A DNA stretch of 64,000 nucleotides from Candidatus Poribacteria bacterium (GTDB taxonomy: Bacteria > Poribacteria > WGA-4E > WGA-3G). The position numbers were made by a program, and so were the translations under genes. The notes under the pieces were generated by a model. It worked only from the letters and a program-made list of their open reading frames with translations. It was not told the origin of the DNA and searched no databases. This document shows positions 10,632 through 20,754 of this stretch, piece after piece. The stretch's first letter is position 1, and each line of letters starts with the position of its first letter. Where the stretch lies: contig OZ244048.1 of the NCBI GenBank assembly GCA_965215265.1, forward strand, positions 1,856,001 through 1,920,000, read 5' to 3'.

Positions 10632-10867
10632 AGTTGTCTTGGCATGTCGTCTTGGATGTTTATCGGACTGTCAATTTTGGTGGAAGTTCCTTGGCCACGT
10701 TCTTACGCAAACAGTTCCGACGTTTAACGCCGGGGCACTTGCATGCCAAGCCATCCTACTTTAAAGTAACCAGACAGATTTCTTAAATTATACCATAATT
10801 TTGGGTCAAAATCAAATTTTAATCAAAATGTCGGCATTTCCGTCTGCTTGTGCTGTATGACTGGAAA

Positions 10868-11086
10868 TTACGGGTTAAACAAATCTATGGTGATGAAGCG
10901 ATATCCGAGCGGTTTTATTCGTTTGACTATGGTTTCTCGCAATGCGAGCGCACGTTCAAACTGCGTTTCTGGGACCTGTATTCTTAATACTGGTTCGTGG
11001 TAGAAAAGGGATGCTCCTTCAAGCTGCAATTCGTTCAACACTTGTTTGAGACGGTCAAAGGCTTCCTTATTTTCTCGGTTTTCCAT
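10868..11086 (-). CDS. Small protein resembling the C-terminal domain of LarE (TIGR00268)
   Basis: LRIQVPETQFERAL..RETIVKRIKPLGYRFITIDL resembles the LarE C-terminus RIEV....F.......I...LK.LGF.YVTLDL. Confidence 0.6.
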   Translation of the reverse strand: MENRENKEAFDRLKQVLNELQLEGASLFYHEPVLRIQVPETQFERALALRETIVKRIKPLGYRFITIDLFNP

Positions 11087-11122
11087 GTTTTATGTTTGGC
11101 AGACATGTGCCTCGGACTCCTT

Positions 11123-11935
11123 CTATGAACGCCGTCTCCAGTCACTACCTGCCATAAACCCGCCATCAACGAAGACCATTTGGCCGGTAACAAAGTCGGA
11201 TGCATGAGAGGCAAAGAAGATTGTCAATCCGGCTAAATCTTCCGGTTCGCCCCATCGATAGGCCGGAGTCCGGTTGAGAATCCATTCGTTTCGTGCATCT
11301 TCGCGCGCAGGCGCTGTCATCTCCGTCCGGATGAAACCGGGGGCGATGCCGTTGACTTGAATGTTATGTTCTGCCCATTCCACAGCGAGGAGTTTGGTGA
11401 GCTGGAGGAGCCCGCCCTTCGCTGCGGTGTAAGCAACACTTGTCGGCAACCCGATCGCGGAGGTGAGGGAGAGGGTATTAATCACCTTACCGGCTTTCCG
11501 GTTTTGCATCACTCTGCCGCACGCTTGCGCGAGAAAGAACGCACCTTTCAGGTTCACATCGGTGACGAAATCCCAGTCGGCTTCAGAAAATTCCATGGCG
11601 GGGTTTCGGATATTGACACCGGCGTTGTTAACGAGCACGTCAATTTTACCCAGCGCGTCGACTGTCTGAGAAACCAACGCCTCAATCTCATTGAGAGCTC
11701 CAACGTCTGCTTGAATAGGCAGCACAGTCCGTCCGCTCTCGGCAGTAATCCGTTCAGCGACAGGTACAAGCGTCTCCATCTTCCTACCGACAATCACGAG
11801 CTCAGAGCCAGCACCGGCGAGCCCTTCTGCCATTGCGAGGCCAATACCCCGGCTTGCTCCGGTGACGAGGCTCACTTTGCCATCCAATCGAAATTGGTTA
11901 ATGATTCCAGTTGCAGATTTTTGATTCTTTTTCAT
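11123..11935 (-). CDS. Short-chain dehydrogenase (KduD/gluconate 5-dehydrogenase-like)
   Basis: VTGASRGIG, LVNNAG, YTAAKGG, VNGIAPG, RWGEPEDL, VDGG. Confidence 0.9.
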   Translation of the reverse strand: MKKNQKSATGIINQFRLDGKVSLVTGASRGIGLAMAEGLAGAGSELVIVGRKMETLVPVAERITAESGRTVLPIQADVGALNEIEALVSQTVDALGKIDVLVNNAGVNIRNPAMEFSEADWDFVTDVNLKGAFFLAQACGRVMQNRKAGKVINTLSLTSAIGLPTSVAYTAAKGGLLQLTKLLAVEWAEHNIQVNGIAPGFIRTEMTAPAREDARNEWILNRTPAYRWGEPEDLAGLTIFFASHASDFVTGQMVFVDGGFMAGSDWRRRS

Positions 11936-12000
11936 AATTGGGATTCAATCCGGATCGGTTCCAGTAGTCTGTATACTTAAGGATGCAGCGGCACCGTTTC

Positions 12001-13218
12001 TCATTGGCCATATTCCAACAATTTATCATGATCAATTGCTTTCAGTTGTCCGTTGTGTTGTTCAGCAAGGGAGACAAGTAGGTGCGCCCCAGGCGAAAGT
12101 CTAATATCGAGCTCAAGCGCGACAACGTAGATACTGGCATTGTTAACATTTTTTTCTTGAACGGTTGCGAGAATTTTCTGGACATCTGTCTCAATCTCAA
12201 TCGAATCATCATTACCTGTTGTGGGAAGGCCATCCGTACCTGTTGTGGGAAGGCCATCCGTAATGAGAACAACGACAGAGGGTTCCATAATTAGTGCGGT
12301 TGCAAGTGCGGAGAGGATGTCGGTATTCGAGTTCCCTTGGATGCTCTCCGGTGTGAACAGGTCAAGATACTTCAAGGTTCGCTTTATGTTTTTAGCATCC
12401 GCTGGCAGCATCTCGTTGCTCATGGCTTCAGCACCAATAGAAAACGTCACAACGTTGAACGTATCCTCACTGCCTAAGCTGAAAATAGAATCCTGGATAG
12501 ATTTGAGAGCCAAGTCCAATTTTTTAAGCCCAGCGGCTTGCATACTTGCCGAAATATCAAGACAGTAGACGACATCTTTGGGTGCCTCAAATTCGTCAAG
12601 GAAATTAATGATGCCGAGCCTGTCTGCGGTTCCATCAGCACCGCCACCTTCGAGAAGTCCGTCTCCGCCGCCTTGTCCGTCGCCCCGGAATCTGCCCATT
12701 CCGTCCCCGCGTGCACGAACGCGTCCTGTAACGAGCCCCCGGCCATCCGTCCGTCCGGGTTGCGCGATAAGCCTGCTGAGATTTGAGGCTTCTGCCTCGC
12801 GCAGGCGTGCATCTGTCATCAAATCCGGAACGATATCGTTCAGGGGTGCGTTGTTAACTTCGACATCTTCAAGTACAACGCGCTGGCTGAGTTTAACGAC
12901 TTCGTCCTGTTTATTCCTTGCGGCTTCAATTTTCTTTTGCATCGCGTTTCTTGCGAGTTGTTGGTTCGGATCGTATAATTTTTTTGTGAGCGGCGGTTTG
13001 GGTCTGGTTTTGCGTTTTTTGGGTGCCTCCGCATCCTTAATTAAGTCAATTGCGAGCACATCCGCTTGCTCATCAACTAAGCGATTCATTGGGATAAAAA
13101 GGTAGGCGATAATGACAAGCATGTGTAAAATCAGAGATAGCAAGATGATAGACCTGGTCCGAATTTTACGCCGCTGTGCGTTGATGTACCGCTCCGGCAG
13201 TTGATTTCGCATTCGCAT
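12001..13218 (-). CDS. Membrane-anchored von Willebrand factor A domain protein
   Basis: N-terminal TM (SLILH), Gly-rich linker, MIDAS LDISASM and ITDG. Confidence 0.85.
   Translation of the reverse strand: MRMRNQLPERYINAQRRKIRTRSIILLSLILHMLVIIAYLFIPMNRLVDEQADVLAIDLIKDAEAPKKRKTRPKPPLTKKLYDPNQQLARNAMQKKIEAARNKQDEVVKLSQRVVLEDVEVNNAPLNDIVPDLMTDARLREAEASNLSRLIAQPGRTDGRGLVTGRVRARGDGMGRFRGDGQGGGDGLLEGGGADGTADRLGIINFLDEFEAPKDVVYCLDISASMQAAGLKKLDLALKSIQDSIFSLGSEDTFNVVTFSIGAEAMSNEMLPADAKNIKRTLKYLDLFTPESIQGNSNTDILSALATALIMEPSVVVLITDGLPTTGTDGLPTTGNDDSIEIETDVQKILATVQEKNVNNASIYVVALELDIRLSPGAHLLVSLAEQHNGQLKAIDHDKLLEYGQ
12213..12262. repeat. 24 bp perfect tandem duplication inside the VWA gene
   Basis: TACCTGTTGTGGGAAGGCCATCCG x2, encoding TDGLPTTG-TDGLPTTG. 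Confidence 0.95.
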
Positions 13219-13313
13219 GGTTAGGTCCTTCCTGTTTGGTTATCGGTTTTTTATTAGGTTCAGCGTACAAGTTTTCCTGAGTGCATACTCGTCAGAAACG
13301 GCTCATGCTTCGT

Positions 13314-13808
13314 TTATGAATTTTCAAATGCTTCAAGCCACGTTCTGCCTTCGGGTGTAATTTCATAATAGGTATGGTTTCGGTGTTTAATCCACTTTCC
13401 TTTGACGATATTTTTTCGGTAATGGATGATTCGTGCTTCAACGCGCTTCAGTCCGCCGATTTCCCTTAGTTTTCGGTGCCGTTTGTACATCTCTTCTAAC
13501 GGGATGTTTAAGGTTTCGGCAACAACAATAGAATAGTCCATACCCATTTCTTGATGGTGTTTCAGTATAAAATAGTCGGTTTCGTCAAGTTCGTTGAATT
13601 CAGCGGCTATCGGGTTTTCCGGAATTTCAGCCGCCTGGATTTCTTGCCAAGTAACTTTGAGTAACCTTTCTGCCCGGAAACTTTGTACTGCACTGCATTC
13701 GGTTTGATGAACGGTGATAGTGCCGTTCTCTTTGAAATAGCCGACAAGCGGATCATTCTGTTGTGGGTTGCAGCATTTGGCAATTTTGTACGTCAGTTCC
13801 GGTACCAT
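13314..13808 (-). CDS. RelA/SpoT zinc-finger (RIS/CC)-like domain fused to a DUF2250-like winged HTH
   Basis: N-terminal IAKCCNP..DPLVGY....ITVH..EC; C-terminal DY.ILKH....DY...IPLEE...KHRNHTYYEITPEG. Confidence 0.75.
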   Translation of the reverse strand: MVPELTYKIAKCCNPQQNDPLVGYFKENGTITVHQTECSAVQSFRAERLLKVTWQEIQAAEIPENPIAAEFNELDETDYFILKHHQEMGMDYSIVVAETLNIPLEEMYKRHRKLREIGGLKRVEARIIHYRKNIVKGKWIKHRNHTYYEITPEGRTWLEAFENS

Positions 13809-13834
13809 TTTGACGTTTTTCTCATAGAAAAAGA

Positions 13835-15115
13835 TTAGCTTCGCCTGAGTGCACGGTATCCGATGTCGCCTCTGAAATGTGCGTCTGCAAAATTGATGGC
13901 TGCGACACCGTTGTATGCTTGTTGAATCGCGATTTCCAAATCACTTGCGACAGCAGTGACACCGAGTACGCGTCCGCCGTCGGTAGTCACGTGTCCGTTA
14001 TTAAGTTTGGTTCCGGCGTGAAAAACGGTAACACCTTCAATAGCCGCTGCGTCAGCCAAGCCTATAATTGTTTTTCCTGTTTGATAAAGGTCGGGATAGC
14101 CCCCGGAAGCCATCACAACACAAGCAGCCGCTCCATTGTGCCATTCAATATGGGGGTGCGAATCAAGCGTTCCGTCAATGCATGCCATGAGCAGCGGGAC
14201 TAAATCACTTTTGAGGCGCGGTAAGAGGACCTGGGCCTCCGGATCGCCAAAGCGACAGTTGAATTCAAGCACTTTAGGTCCTGTTTCTGTCATCATCAAT
14301 CCGACGTATAATACGCCTTTGAAGGGGTGCCCGATATCTGCCATGCCGTTGATAGTCGGGTAAACGACGTGTTTCATGACGTAGTCGTGCAATGCTGGTG
14401 TGAGCACTGGTGCCGGAGAGTATGCGCCCATTCCGCCGGTGTTCTTTCCCGTGTCGCCATCGTGGGACATCTTGTGGTCTTGGGAACTGACAAAAGGGAT
14501 ACAGGTATGTCCATCGGTGAGTACAGTAAAGGAGGCCTCTTCTCCGATGAGTTCTTCTTCAATCACGACGCTGTCGCCTGCTGCTCCGAATGCCTTGTCC
14601 ACTAAAACGGTTTTGACTGCCTGTATGGCTTCTGTGGGAGTCCTCCCGGGAATAACCCCTTTGCCGGCGGCGAGTCCGTTTGCCTTTACAAAAACTGGGA
14701 TATTGTGAGCTTTGATGTAGTCTATCGCGGCATCTGCATCGACAAACGTTTGGTACGCCGCAGTGGGTATCCCGTTTTTCACCATCAATCGTTTGGCGAA
14801 ATCTTTACTGGCTTCAAGTTGTGCAGCTTGCCGGTCAGGTCCAAATGCTTTGAGGCCGTGCTCTTGAAACGCATCCACAATACCTTCTGCTAAGGGTGCC
14901 TCTGGACCGACAACGGTTAAGTCAATGCGTTCGGATTTCGCCCAGTTGAGCAGTTTGACAAAACCGTTTTGGAGTGGTAATTCAACGCATGCTGCAATTT
15001 GGGCGATTCCAGCGTTTCCGGGCGTACAATATATTTTTTCGACGTGTGGGCTTTGTGCGAGCTTCCAGACAAGGGTATGTTCGCGTCCACCTTGCCCGAT
15101 AACTAGAATTTTCAT
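13835..15115 (-). CDS. purD: Phosphoribosylamine--glycine ligase
   Basis: IGQGGREH, VVGPEAPL, GLAAGKGV, NTGGMGAYSP, EFNCRFGDPE, GGRVL. Confidence 0.97.
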   Translation of the reverse strand: MKILVIGQGGREHTLVWKLAQSPHVEKIYCTPGNAGIAQIAACVELPLQNGFVKLLNWAKSERIDLTVVGPEAPLAEGIVDAFQEHGLKAFGPDRQAAQLEASKDFAKRLMVKNGIPTAAYQTFVDADAAIDYIKAHNIPVFVKANGLAAGKGVIPGRTPTEAIQAVKTVLVDKAFGAAGDSVVIEEELIGEEASFTVLTDGHTCIPFVSSQDHKMSHDGDTGKNTGGMGAYSPAPVLTPALHDYVMKHVVYPTINGMADIGHPFKGVLYVGLMMTETGPKVLEFNCRFGDPEAQVLLPRLKSDLVPLLMACIDGTLDSHPHIEWHNGAAACVVMASGGYPDLYQTGKTIIGLADAAAIEGVTVFHAGTKLNNGHVTTDGGRVLGVTAVASDLEIAIQQAYNGVAAINFADAHFRGDIGYRALRRS

Positions 15116-15513
15116 GTTAGGGGGTCCTTTTTTACGGCATTATAACATAATGTGTTCAAAAAATCAAGAATTTTGAATTAATTAAAAAAAACTATAGATG
15201 TGTTATACTTATGAGTAGAGAGATAAGCTGCCAGTGGAAGGAATTGCATTTGTCTCTAACAGAAGCTTGAACGATACGGAAGTAGGCATTCGCTGAGTTA
15301 TTGGAGAAATTCTCAAGATACTCGTGAGACTGAACGAAGGAGCAGGTGCTTTAAAAAAGTGGGAGAACATACAGGTTATGCTCATTCATCGCCGAACTAG
15401 TCAATTTGCTTCTGGATATGGCAACGAGTCTTAAGAAGATTGAGGCAAAATTGCCAACCGATTCAACGGATACGTCTACATCCAATTTATAACGTTAAGG
15501 GAGGAAACTAATT

Positions 15514-17520
15514 ATGGCAGAACAACATCACGAACTCGGCAACGTTTTTATGGATGTTTCAAGACGTGTAAATGACGCGCGAGGTGGAACCCCCCGAGAT
15601 CTCAATACCCCTTATACGTTCCCTGGGTATACTCAAGCAGAATGGGAGGAAAAAGCATCCGCCTTACGTCAACAAATCCGGGTTGCGACAGGCTTAGTGC
15701 CACTGCTTGAACCGACACCGCTTAACGCCACTGTCTTCGGAAAGATTGAACATGACGATTATACCGTGGAAAAGGTACATTTTGAACCGTTTCCCGGCTT
15801 CTTCACAACCGGAAACCTCTACCGTCCCAACGGAAAACAGGGTCCGTTTCCGGGGATTGTGAGCCCTCATGGGCATTGGGGACGCGGGCGGCTTGAGGAT
15901 ATTGAACGCGGTTCGATTCCCGCTCGCTGTATCAACTTTGCAAAGCAGGGCTATGTTATCTTCGCCTACGATATGCTCGGGTACAACGATAGCGGTAAAC
16001 AGATAGAGCATCGCTATGGGGGCGCACGCGAGGCACTGTGGGGCTTGAGTGCCATGGGACTCCAACTCTTGAACGGCATCCGTGCTATCGATTTTTTGGA
16101 AAGCTTACCCGATGTGGATGCTGAACAGCTCGGATGCACGGGGGCATCCGGAGGAGGCACGCAGACGTTTATCTTGACAGCCGTTGATGAGCGCATCAAG
16201 GTATCCGCTCCGGTCAATATGATTTCCGCTACGATGCAGGGTGGCTGTCTCTGTGAAAACGCACCGAATCTGCGGCTGGACGTGAGTAACATTGAAATTG
16301 GGACGTTGATGGCACCGCGCCCCCTCCTGCTTGTTTCTGCAACTGGCGATTGGACTGTCAATACACCGACTGTTGAATACCCAGCAATCCGAAGTATCTA
16401 TGCCCACTTTGGGGCAGAAGATAAGGTACATCAGGTTCAGGTAGATGCGGAGCATAACTATAATCGCGAAAGCCGCGAGGCGGTGTATGCCTGGTTTGCG
16501 AAATGGTTGTTGGGGGTGGATAACCTGTCCGAATTCAAAGAACTCGATTATCAGGTTGAATCTGACGAGGCTCTGTTGGTTTTCTCAGAGTGCGAGCTGC
16601 CGGTACATGCACTGAAGCAGGAGGAATTCCTACCGGCATGGGTGCACAGCGCACATCAAGAAATAGAAAAAAGGCACCCGGCAAATGAGGTAGAATTGGA
16701 GCAGTTTCGCGAGGAAATGGGGAGTATGCTACAGCACGCACTAGGGCTGCACCTGCCAGACAGTGAAGAAGTAACGCTTGTCGAACCGGAAGGGGCGTTC
16801 CCGACAACTTATCGCGATAACTTTTCTATGCAACATCTTGTCATCGGCAGGAAGGAAATTGGAGATACGATTCCAGCACTCCTATTTAGCCCAGAACCAC
16901 AAGTCGGACACGATCCGATTGATGTTATCGTGCATCCTGATGGCAAGGCAAAACTGATTGATTCAACCACGGGCGAACCTTCTCCGCTCATCAAAACTCT
17001 ACTCGAAGCCGACCGGAAGGTGCTTCTGATTGATGTCTTTGGAATTGGCGAGCACAGCAAATATGAACGGCACGAGGATACAAACTATTTTACTACCTAC
17101 AACCGCACGACTGCTGCGTTACGCGTGCAGGATATTGTGACAGCGTTGCACTGTTTTACAAGCAGGGGTGATGTGTCAGAGGTGAACTTAGTTGGGATAG
17201 GCGAAGCTGGACTCTGGAGCCTGCTCGCGGCCGGATTTTCGGATATTTCCAACGTCGTGGCGGATGCAGCACAATTTGATAATGGAAGTGACGCGTCCTA
17301 TTTAGCAACTTTGCCGATTCCGTCGCTTCGCCGTGCTGGCGATTTCCAGACAGCAGGAGCGCTAATTGCTCCACGGCACCTAACTATCCACAACACGGCC
17401 GGTGTGTTTGACGCGTCGTCGATTAAAGGGACTTACCGTAATCTGAAGACAGGTGCTTCTATGAGCGTGGAAACCCGCGTGTTATCTGATAGTGAGATTG
17501 TGGCTCGGTTAATCGGATAA
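15514..17520 (+). CDS. Acetylxylan esterase-like alpha/beta hydrolase (two-domain)
   Basis: SPHGHW, GASGGGTQT nucleophile elbow, QGGCLCE, EHNYN; GGGAGG RBS. Confidence 0.82.
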   Translation: MAEQHHELGNVFMDVSRRVNDARGGTPRDLNTPYTFPGYTQAEWEEKASALRQQIRVATGLVPLLEPTPLNATVFGKIEHDDYTVEKVHFEPFPGFFTTGNLYRPNGKQGPFPGIVSPHGHWGRGRLEDIERGSIPARCINFAKQGYVIFAYDMLGYNDSGKQIEHRYGGAREALWGLSAMGLQLLNGIRAIDFLESLPDVDAEQLGCTGASGGGTQTFILTAVDERIKVSAPVNMISATMQGGCLCENAPNLRLDVSNIEIGTLMAPRPLLLVSATGDWTVNTPTVEYPAIRSIYAHFGAEDKVHQVQVDAEHNYNRESREAVYAWFAKWLLGVDNLSEFKELDYQVESDEALLVFSECELPVHALKQEEFLPAWVHSAHQEIEKRHPANEVELEQFREEMGSMLQHALGLHLPDSEEVTLVEPEGAFPTTYRDNFSMQHLVIGRKEIGDTIPALLFSPEPQVGHDPIDVIVHPDGKAKLIDSTTGEPSPLIKTLLEADRKVLLIDVFGIGEHSKYERHEDTNYFTTYNRTTAALRVQDIVTALHCFTSRGDVSEVNLVGIGEAGLWSLLAAGFSDISNVVADAAQFDNGSDASYLATLPIPSLRRAGDFQTAGALIAPRHLTIHNTAGVFDASSIKGTYRNLKTGASMSVETRVLSDSEIVARLIG

Positions 17521-17580
17521 AAGCATAATGACCTGAGTATTTCTGATGAAACTGCGCCGTTTCACGCTAAGTTAGCGTAA

Positions 17581-17624
17581 AAAAAAACTGTGGGCGGATA
17601 TGGCAATCCGCCCACAGTTTTTTT
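17581..17624. terminator. Bidirectional intrinsic terminator
   Basis: AAAAAAACTGTGGGCGGAT-ATGGCA-ATCCGCCCACAGTTTTTTT between convergent genes. Confidence 0.92.
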
Positions 17625-17637
17625 GCAGAGAGTGTGA

Positions 17638-19038
17638 CTATAGGTTATAGCCGCGTTCGTTATGCTGAGACAGGTCGAGCCCCATGCGTTCTTCGTCGGT
17701 GTCAACGCGTAAGCCGACGATGGCATCAACGATTTTAAGGATGATAAACGAAAGCACACCGCTCCATACGAGGGTTATGATGATGCTGATGAACTGCATC
17801 AGGACCTGTGTGCCGATGCTTCTTCCGTCCAACCCAACTCCACCCAAGGCCTCTGCGGCGAAAACGCCGGTCAGTAGTGCACCGACAATACCTCCGACAC
17901 CGTGAACGCCGAATGCGTCTAACGAATCGTCATAACCGAATTGTGCTTTGAGACTCGTGGCAGCCCAGAAACAGACAGCCCCGGAGACGAACCCGATAAC
18001 AAGTGCGCCGATTGGGCCAACGTACCCGGAAGCAGGCGTAATAGCGACGAGCCCTCCAACAGCACCTGTTACGATGCCTAAAGCACTCGGTTTTCCGTGT
18101 TTGCCCCATTCAATGAACATCCATATTATCGCAGCCGCGGCTGTTGAAATCTGTGTGACAAGCATTGCCATGCCAGCGGCACCGTCCGCTGCAACTGCGC
18201 TGCCGGCATTGAAGCCGAACCAACCTACCCAGAGCATTGATGCCCCGACAACGGTCAGGGTTAAACTATGCGGCGGCATCGCGGTATTCGGATAGCCGAG
18301 GCGTTTACCTACCAATATCGCTGCAACTAATGCCGCAATACCCGCATTGATATGCACGACGGTTCCGCCCGCAAAATCGAATGCACCCAGAATATCGCCA
18401 AATAAAGACCCGTCGCCTGCCCAGGCCATGTGGCAAAGCGGGGCGTATACGACGAGAGACCAGACCGCGGAGAAGATGAGCATCGCGGAGAACTTCATCC
18501 GTTCCGCGAATGCACCAGCAATCAGCGCAGGTGTTATAATGGCAAATGTAAGTTGGAAGCAGACAAAGACGGTTTCCGGGATAGTCCCATTTAAACTATC
18601 TACACCCACACCACGTAAAAACATGGTACCGAGTCCGCCCACAAAGGATCCGACGGTGAGCTTTCCTGCTTCCATGCCAGCGGTATTGAAGGCGAGACTA
18701 TAGCCACAAATAATCCATAAGATTGTGATGAGCCCCGTCAATGCGAAGCATTGCATGAGTACAGACAGAACGTTCTGGACGCGCACCAGCCCGCCATAGA
18801 AAAGGGCGAGCCCGGGGATAGTCATAAATAGGACGAGAGCGGTTGCAGTGAGAAGCCAGGCCGTGTCACCAGAATCAGGCGCAGCTGCCTCTTGTGCCAA
18901 GGCAAGACTTGGAACGCCCAAAATTAGGAACACGAATATTAATGTGCTAATTCCTTTTGTAGTACGCCGCTCGCTTGAAAGCTGAACTGTGAAGTCAAAT
19001 CGTTTCTTTGCAGCGTGTGATGAACATCGTTGTTGCAT
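17638..19038 (-). CDS. amtB: Ammonium transporter (AmtB-type)
   Basis: FMTIPGLALFYGG, DFAGGTVVHINAG, WFGFNAGS, DDSLDAFGVHG; start set at ATG 19038 after GGAGGA. Confidence 0.95.
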   Translation of the reverse strand: MQQRCSSHAAKKRFDFTVQLSSERRTTKGISTLIFVFLILGVPSLALAQEAAAPDSGDTAWLLTATALVLFMTIPGLALFYGGLVRVQNVLSVLMQCFALTGLITILWIICGYSLAFNTAGMEAGKLTVGSFVGGLGTMFLRGVGVDSLNGTIPETVFVCFQLTFAIITPALIAGAFAERMKFSAMLIFSAVWSLVVYAPLCHMAWAGDGSLFGDILGAFDFAGGTVVHINAGIAALVAAILVGKRLGYPNTAMPPHSLTLTVVGASMLWVGWFGFNAGSAVAADGAAGMAMLVTQISTAAAAIIWMFIEWGKHGKPSALGIVTGAVGGLVAITPASGYVGPIGALVIGFVSGAVCFWAATSLKAQFGYDDSLDAFGVHGVGGIVGALLTGVFAAEALGGVGLDGRSIGTQVLMQFISIIITLVWSGVLSFIILKIVDAIVGLRVDTDEERMGLDLSQHNERGYNL

Positions 19039-19315
19039 CTGAATCCTCCATAAACGTTTTATATTCTGAAGGCAGCTTGAGCTCGCCTTAGAAACCGGGC
19101 GGTGCTGCAGGCCTCCAGAAAAATGATTTTGCTGAGTAGACTTTTTTGTCAACCCAGTCAATGTTTGTCCCAGGGAGCCCGCAAGGACTACCCCCGGATT
19201 AATTGCTTTGATAAGAGGTTATGCAAAGGCGGGCGCAAGCAGCACCCGCCGTACCGTTATTGTATTGTACAGTCTCGTAAAATCTAAAGCATGAGAAACC
19301 GTGTGATGATTTCCA

Positions 19316-20683
19316 TTAGCGAATTGCAGAGACATTAAAGTCAGGGTAGGCACTTGCACCATGCTCTCTGTAGTCAAGTCCTTCCTGTTCTTCCTCTTCA
19401 CTGACGCGTAATCCGGTAATCGCTTTAATACCGTAGAAGAGGATGAATCCAGTAACCAGGCACCATGCGAACACAGCTACGACTCCGACAAACTGGCTCC
19501 AGAGAAATCCCAGGCCGCTGCCATCGGTTGCGAAGAACACGCCCTTCTCAGCGTCGAAAAATCCGAGGAGGAGCGTACCCAACGCACCGCAGGTTCCATG
19601 TACGGAGATGGCACCAACCGGATCATCGATGCGGAGCCTCTCTAAAAACAGAACGCTAAGGACAACAACAATCCCACCAAGGAAACCGATGATAGCAGCA
19701 GAGGGTGGACTAACAGATGCACAACCTGCAGTGATTGCTACCAAGCCTGCGAGCGCACCGTTGAGTGCCATGCCAGCGTCCGGTTTGCCGAGAATCATCC
19801 AGGCAGTAATCATTGCTGCAATCGCACCTGCAGCAGCGGCAAGGTTCGTCGTTACGGCGATAGAAGAGATTGGACCTGCATCCGCACCCATCTGGCTACC
19901 CGGATTAAAGCCAAACCAACCGAGCCACAGAATGAACACACCCAGTGCAGCGAGCGGCAGGTTGTGCCCAGGAATCGGCCGTGGTTTGCCTTCGCCATCG
20001 TACTTGCCAATGCGCGGACCTAACACGATTGCACCTGTTAAGGCAAGCCAGCCCCCTGTTGAATGCACTACTGTTGAACCCGCAAAGTCTGACATGCCGA
20101 GGCTAGATAACCATCCGCCACCCCAAATCCAGTGCCCGACTATCGGATAGATGATACCCGTGATGAAAATGCTGTAAATAAGATAACTTTTGAACTGTGT
20201 ACGCTCTGCCATCGCACCGGAGACGATGGTCGCAGCGGTTGCAGCGAACACCAGCTGGAAAAGCCACGCCGCATGCGTCGGCACCGAACTCCATTCTAAT
20301 GAACTGAAAACACCAGAATCTGACGGGACGAACCATCCGCTTGTGCCCATGAACGCGTTTCCAGCTCCAAACATAATAGCAAACCCAATTGCCCAATAAG
20401 CAATCGAGCCCATTGAGAAGTCCAGCAGGTTCTTCATGAGAATATTCACTGCGTTTTTTGCACGGGTAAAGCCGGATTCAACCATGGCGAAGCCCGCTTG
20501 CATGAAGAAAACGAGAAATGCTGCGACGAGTACCCATAGCGTGTCTGCCATATATTTTGCGTCTGAAACCTTTTCGCCTTCAATAGACCCGTTGAGGGCA
20601 AAAGCATTCGTACTCAGCAGGCAGCTAGCGACTAACAGAACGATGATAATGCTTGTATAGTAACTTAGTGGAACTCTTGTCAT
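19316..20683 (-). CDS. amt: Ammonium transporter (second, divergent Amt paralogue)
   Basis: FMQAGFAMVESG, DFAGSTVVH, WFGFNPGS, IDDPVGAISVHG; AAGGAG RBS. Confidence 0.95.
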   Translation of the reverse strand: MTRVPLSYYTSIIIVLLVASCLLSTNAFALNGSIEGEKVSDAKYMADTLWVLVAAFLVFFMQAGFAMVESGFTRAKNAVNILMKNLLDFSMGSIAYWAIGFAIMFGAGNAFMGTSGWFVPSDSGVFSSLEWSSVPTHAAWLFQLVFAATAATIVSGAMAERTQFKSYLIYSIFITGIIYPIVGHWIWGGGWLSSLGMSDFAGSTVVHSTGGWLALTGAIVLGPRIGKYDGEGKPRPIPGHNLPLAALGVFILWLGWFGFNPGSQMGADAGPISSIAVTTNLAAAAGAIAAMITAWMILGKPDAGMALNGALAGLVAITAGCASVSPPSAAIIGFLGGIVVVLSVLFLERLRIDDPVGAISVHGTCGALGTLLLGFFDAEKGVFFATDGSGLGFLWSQFVGVVAVFAWCLVTGFILFYGIKAITGLRVSEEEEQEGLDYREHGASAYPDFNVSAIR

Positions 20684-20754
20684 ACTGTAATATCTCCTTT
20701 GATTTTTCTATCGCGGTATACCTACCTTACCACACGGAAAGCCTACTGAAGAGT

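Noticed and set aside
15211-15492. Possible riboswitch or ncRNA upstream of purD
   Set aside because: No purine or ZTP riboswitch motif recognised; it reads more like a decayed small ORF.
19443-20150. Long antisense ORFs (also 11357-11980, 32590-33186, 34090-34761)
   Set aside because: They are shadow frames of well-supported genes on the opposite strand.
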